In this document: positions 60,208-64,000 of the stretch, piece after piece
Numbering within the stretch: position 1 is the first letter of the stretch
Layout of the letters: every line of letters starts with the position of its first letter
DNA from: Bacilli bacterium
GTDB lineage: Bacteria > Bacillota_I > Bacilli_A > RFN20 > CAG-826
NCBI GenBank assembly: GCA_041654095.1
Contig: JBAZED010000001.1
Location: forward strand, 117,632 to 181,631
DNA: 64,000 nucleotides
Direction: 5' to 3'
Position numbers and translations under genes: made by a program
Notes under the pieces: generated by a model
The model's input: only the letters and a program-made list of their open reading frames with translations
What the model was told of the DNA's origin: nothing
The model's database searches: none

Positions 60208-61410
60208 ATGAGCAAAATAATTGTCCACATCGATTTAAACGCTTTCTTTGCCACCGCCGAAGAAATTCGCAATCCCGACTTAATCGATAAGCCGGTCATC
60301 ATCGGCGGCGACGGCCGCAAAGGCATCGTTTCGACAGCCTCGTATCCGGCGCGCAAATTTGGAATTCGTTCGGGGATGCCGACTTTTCAAGCCAAGCGGT
60401 TGTGTCCGAATGTCATCATCCTGCCTGTCGATTTTCACTATTATGGCCTATTATCGCGAGAGTTTTTCGCTTTCATACGCAGATACAGCAAAAAAGTCGA
60501 GAAAGCTTCGGTTGACGAGTGCTATGTCGACATGACCGAAACTTTGCAGGGCATCGCTGATGTCCGCGCCTTTTTCACCGATCTTCAGCAAAAACTCCTT
60601 AAAAAGACTGGCCTCAAGTGTTCAATAGGGGTGGGGCCGACAAGATTTTTGGCCAAAATGGCCTCGGATATGAAAAAGCCGATGGGTCTGACGATTTTAA
60701 GAAGGCGCGATATTTCGCATCTTCTCTATCCACTTTCCATCCGCGACTTTTATGGCATAGGCCGCAAGACGTGGCCCAAACTCGAAGCCGCGGGTATTAA
60801 GACAATTGGCGATTTGGCCCGCGTAATCAACACTGATGATTCCGATTTGCACTTGATCCTCGGCAAATTTTTCTTCGTCATCAAGGATTGGGTCAACGGA
60901 TATGGAAACGATGAGGTCGATTTAGAGCCTTGGGATCCAAAATCGATTGGCAACAGCTCGACTTTTATGCACGATACGAATGATTTTATGGAAATAAAGG
61001 AAATGATTGCATCGCTAGCCAAGGAAGTGAGCGAGCGGGCCCAAACCGAGCGCAAAAAAGGATCGACCGTCCAGCTGGTCATCAAAGATACGGAGTTTAA
61101 GAGCATCAATCGTTCGACAACTTTCGAAAATCCGACAAATGAGTATGAAGTTATCTTTGATAAAGCTTTGTCTTTGCTCGAGCGCCACTATAAAGGGCAG
61201 CCGATTCGCCTGGTGGGCGTCACGCTTCAAAATCTCATCGATCCCCGCGACCTCGTCATCCAGATGTCGCTCTTCGACTACCGCAAACACGAAGAGGAAA
61301 GCGAGACGAAATTGCTCATCAATGAATTAAACCGCAAATTAAAAAAGCCGATGCTCATTCGCGCTAGCGAAGTTGAAGCTGAGAAAAGAGGAGAGCAAGA
61401 TGAAGATTGA
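60208..61410 (+). CDS. dinB: DNA polymerase IV (Y-family)
   Basis: IVHIDLNAFFATAE catalytic N-terminus, palm/fingers, little-finger domain. Confidence 0.92.
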   Translation: MSKIIVHIDLNAFFATAEEIRNPDLIDKPVIIGGDGRKGIVSTASYPARKFGIRSGMPTFQAKRLCPNVIILPVDFHYYGLLSREFFAFIRRYSKKVEKASVDECYVDMTETLQGIADVRAFFTDLQQKLLKKTGLKCSIGVGPTRFLAKMASDMKKPMGLTILRRRDISHLLYPLSIRDFYGIGRKTWPKLEAAGIKTIGDLARVINTDDSDLHLILGKFFFVIKDWVNGYGNDEVDLEPWDPKSIGNSSTFMHDTNDFMEIKEMIASLAKEVSERAQTERKKGSTVQLVIKDTEFKSINRSTTFENPTNEYEVIFDKALSLLERHYKGQPIRLVGVTLQNLIDPRDLVIQMSLFDYRKHEEESETKLLINELNRKLKKPMLIRASEVEAEKRGEQDED

Positions 61411-62281
61411 CGATGCGATCGATTTATTCTTTCAATTCTTGACGGTCGAAAAAGGCGTTCAGAAACAGACGATTGAAGCATACGCGAATGATCTCAAGCA
61501 GTTTTTCCGCGTCTTTCCGAAGAAAGAATCGACCGATGACTTGCTCATCAGCGATTTGACCGACTTCATCAAAATCCAAAGCAAGTTGAATCGGGCGAAT
61601 GCGACCATATTAAGGCGCCTCTCCTCGACCAAAAACTTTTACCGCTTCTTGGAGAAAGAGAAAATACTCGGCGATTCAGTTCCGAAAATCGCTTCCCCGC
61701 GAGCGATTAAAAAACTGCCAGTTTCATTGAGTGTCGAAGAAGTTGAAGCCTTGCTCGAGGCCCCCAATCTCGAAAAGCCCGAAGGAATGCGCGACAAGGC
61801 GATGCTGGAATTGATGTACGCCTCCGGTCTCCGCGTCAGCGAACTCATCGGTTTGGAAAGAGCGCAAATCAATTTTATGCACGGCATTGTTACCATATAT
61901 GGTAAAGGTAATAAAGAGCGCCGCGTACCGGTCGGCGATTACGCCCTTGAATATCTCGTCAAATATTTTGACGAATCTCGCAATAAAAACGTCGGGAAGA
62001 ATTCAAAATACGCTTTTCTGAACCGCTATGGGAAACCCTTATCGCGCCAGTATTTTTATCGGCAAGTCAAAAAATACGCCGTCTACGCCGGTATCAAAGA
62101 AGAGATCTCGCCTCATACTTTGAGGCATAGTTTCGCGACTCATCTCCTGGATAACGGCGCGGAGCTGAGAGCCGTTCAGGAGATGCTCGGTCATCAGAAT
62201 ATCGCCACGACGCAGATCTACACTCACGTTTCGAGCAAGCGCATCCTCAATGCTTATGATTTGTATGCCAAACGCAAATAA
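61400..62281 (+). CDS. Tyrosine site-specific recombinase, XerC/XerD-like
   Basis: N-terminal SAM-like domain; catalytic R...HTLRHSFATHLL...Y (LGHQNIATTQIYTHV); GAGGAGAG RBS; overlaps dinB by 11 nt. Confidence 0.85.
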   Translation: MKIDDAIDLFFQFLTVEKGVQKQTIEAYANDLKQFFRVFPKKESTDDLLISDLTDFIKIQSKLNRANATILRRLSSTKNFYRFLEKEKILGDSVPKIASPRAIKKLPVSLSVEEVEALLEAPNLEKPEGMRDKAMLELMYASGLRVSELIGLERAQINFMHGIVTIYGKGNKERRVPVGDYALEYLVKYFDESRNKNVGKNSKYAFLNRYGKPLSRQYFYRQVKKYAVYAGIKEEISPHTLRHSFATHLLDNGAELRAVQEMLGHQNIATTQIYTHVSSKRILNAYDLYAKRK

Positions 62282-62314
62282 TATACAATCTTTATTGTTA
62301 ATAAAGGAGCAACT

Positions 62315-63508
62315 ATGAACAAATATAAAAGATTCTTCATCATCGTCATCGATTCCGTTGGAATCGGCGAGATGCCGGACGCTGATAAATTCGGCGACAA
62401 GGGTGCGAATACCCTCGTCCATACCGCTCGCGCGGTCGGGGGCTTGAATGTTCCGGTCATGGACTCTTTAGGACTTGGAAATCTAGCCCCAATCTTAGGC
62501 ACTAGCCTCGTCGAACACCCACATTCCTATGCGCTTCGCCTCCGCGAGACGAGTGCCGGCAAAGACACGATGACCGGCCACTGGGAGATGATGGGCATCA
62601 ATACCACGAAACCTTTTCAAACGTTCACGGACACCGCTTTTTCACAATCTTTGATCGATGAGCTGGAAGAAAAAACGGGCCACGAGATCATCGGCAACAA
62701 AGCTGCGAGCGGCACGGAAATTCTCGTCGAACTCGGCGAGCAACAAATGCGCGAAAATTCGCTCATCGTCTACACATCAGCGGATAGCGTTTTGCAAATC
62801 GCCGCGCATGAAGAGACGACGGGTGTAGCCGAATTATATCGATGCTGTGACATAGCGCGTGAAATTTGTATGAAACCTGAGTATTTTGTCGGCCGCATTA
62901 TCGCCCGTCCTTTCGTCGGAACGAATAAAAGCAATTTTAAGCGGACCGCAAATCGCCACGATCTAGCTGTTTCGCCGACCGGGATCACGGCCCTTGATAT
63001 TCTCAAAGACAACGGCTTCATGGTTAGCGCAATTGGCAAAATCAACGATATTTTCAATACGGTGGGTGTAGTTAAGACTCAAAAGACCGTTTCGAATCTC
63101 GATGGGATGAAGAAAACAATTGCCGAAGCCAAAAATCACGACTTCGATGGAATATGTTATGTTAACCTAGTTGAGTTCGATAGCGAGTACGGCCATCGCC
63201 GCAATTCGCGCGGATACGCTAAAGCTCTTGAAGAATTCGACGAACAACTCGGCGAGCTCATCAAAGTTATAAAAGATGATGACATCGTCATGGTGACGGC
63301 TGACCACGGCAACGATCCGACGCATCGCGGAACCGACCACACGCGCGAGAAAGTGCCGCTCCTGATATATTCTAAATCGATGAAGAAGGGGAGATATCTC
63401 GATGAGCGCGACACATTCGCCGTCATCGGAGCGACCATCCTGAAGAATTTCGGTCTTAAAAAAACGCCCAACCAAATCGGCGAGCCAATTATGGAGATCT
63501 TTGAATAA
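62315..63508 (+). CDS. deoB: Phosphopentomutase
   Basis: 397 aa; alkaline-phosphatase-like metal ligands (DSVGIGE, TADHGND); AAAGGAG RBS. Confidence 0.92.
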   Translation: MNKYKRFFIIVIDSVGIGEMPDADKFGDKGANTLVHTARAVGGLNVPVMDSLGLGNLAPILGTSLVEHPHSYALRLRETSAGKDTMTGHWEMMGINTTKPFQTFTDTAFSQSLIDELEEKTGHEIIGNKAASGTEILVELGEQQMRENSLIVYTSADSVLQIAAHEETTGVAELYRCCDIAREICMKPEYFVGRIIARPFVGTNKSNFKRTANRHDLAVSPTGITALDILKDNGFMVSAIGKINDIFNTVGVVKTQKTVSNLDGMKKTIAEAKNHDFDGICYVNLVEFDSEYGHRRNSRGYAKALEEFDEQLGELIKVIKDDDIVMVTADHGNDPTHRGTDHTREKVPLLIYSKSMKKGRYLDERDTFAVIGATILKNFGLKKTPNQIGEPIMEIFE

Positions 63509-64000
63509 TGAAAATACCAAACATCATCTTGCCCCTTTTTGCCATTGCCCTCAGCGCTTGTGGCGGTCCCGAAGAGATCACTGTTCGGACGATTTCACCA
63601 GCGGGGGCTCCGACCCTGGCCTTTTATGATCAAGGCAAAAGCCCAAACTTTGAAACAAATACAACGCCGAGCAATGTCTTGGCCGAATTTCAGACGAATT
63701 ATTATAATGCCATCGTCTTCGATTCTATCAATGCTCTTAAGAGCATAAAAGACAATAATCTCGATTTTAAGCTCGCTAAACTAATCACGGGTGGCAATTT
63801 TTACTTAGCGAGTATCGATAAAGAAGACGATGCGATGCCGACGGCGGATGATGTCGTCGTCTCCTTTGGCGAAAATTTGATTCCCGATCTCGTCTATCTG
63901 AAGTTATGCGAATTTTGGGAAATCGTGAATGTGCCATTTTACGTTCCGAGCGTTTCGGAAGCCCTAGGCGTTTTGAAAACCGGGCTCTATTCGGGACAGC
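63508..64000 (+). CDS. Lipoprotein, N-terminal 164 aa only (3' end beyond window); possibly a substrate-binding lipoprotein
   Basis: ATG overlaps the deoB stop; lipobox LSAC|G; the open frame runs to the window end without a stop, so it is absent from the ORF track. Confidence 0.55.
   Translation, partial: MKIPNIILPLFAIALSACGGPEEITVRTISPAGAPTLAFYDQGKSPNFETNTTPSNVLAEFQTNYYNAIVFDSINALKSIKDNNLDFKLAKLITGGNFYLASIDKEDDAMPTADDVVVSFGENLIPDLVYLKLCEFWEIVNVPFYVPSVSEALGVLKTGLYSGQ

Noticed and set aside
61400-62281. Tyrosine recombinase as a phage/ICE integrase marking a mobile element
   Set aside because: It is flanked by dinB (overlapping) and deoB with no phage or conjugation genes. Its size (~294 aa) and motifs fit chromosomal XerC/XerD.

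Overview
This 64 kb window is a compact, gene-dense chromosomal segment with a Bacilli/Mollicutes-like housekeeping backbone. Translation uses the standard code (UGA is stop). ATG, TTG and GTG starts are all used. It opens with a minimal division cluster, mraZ(partial)-rsmH-ftsL-like-ftsA-ftsZ, with no peptidoglycan genes in between. Then follow ileS (T-box)-lspA-rluD, and a minus-strand block: a surface lipoprotein/ABC-exporter cluster, a metallo-beta-lactamase lipoprotein and rnhC. The plus strand continues with mutS2-uvrC, tRNA-Arg(UCU), a secreted 640-aa protein with a C-terminal barnase/RNase-Sa-like domain, a YsoA-like TPR protein, tig-lon-engB, an acyltransferase-3 (minus strand), valS (T-box), radC, rplU-prp-rpmA, a GT2 glycosyltransferase, obg, nadE, ruvAB, secDF, a short recJ-like gene, relA, hisS-aspS, tkt, asp23, nusB-xseAB, dxs, dinB, a Xer-type recombinase, deoB and a partial lipoprotein gene. 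Many genes overlap by 1-8 nt. I could support many rho-independent terminators (several bidirectional) and sigma-A-like promoters directly from the sequence. I found no CRISPR array, rRNA, IS element or integrase. The non-housekeeping content is dominated by surface lipoproteins with Ser/Gly-rich linkers. Three of these proteins carry nuclease domains (Endonuclease-I-like, ComEC-type MBL, barnase-like), and one is part of an unusual ABC cluster whose ATPase is fused to a large polytopic membrane domain. Given the reduced division cluster, fused secDF and lipoprotein richness, I infer that the organism is a wall-less or wall-reduced Firmicute (Acholeplasmatales-like or a related lineage), but this is not proven. 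No similarity search was run, so all family calls rest on motif recognition by eye.
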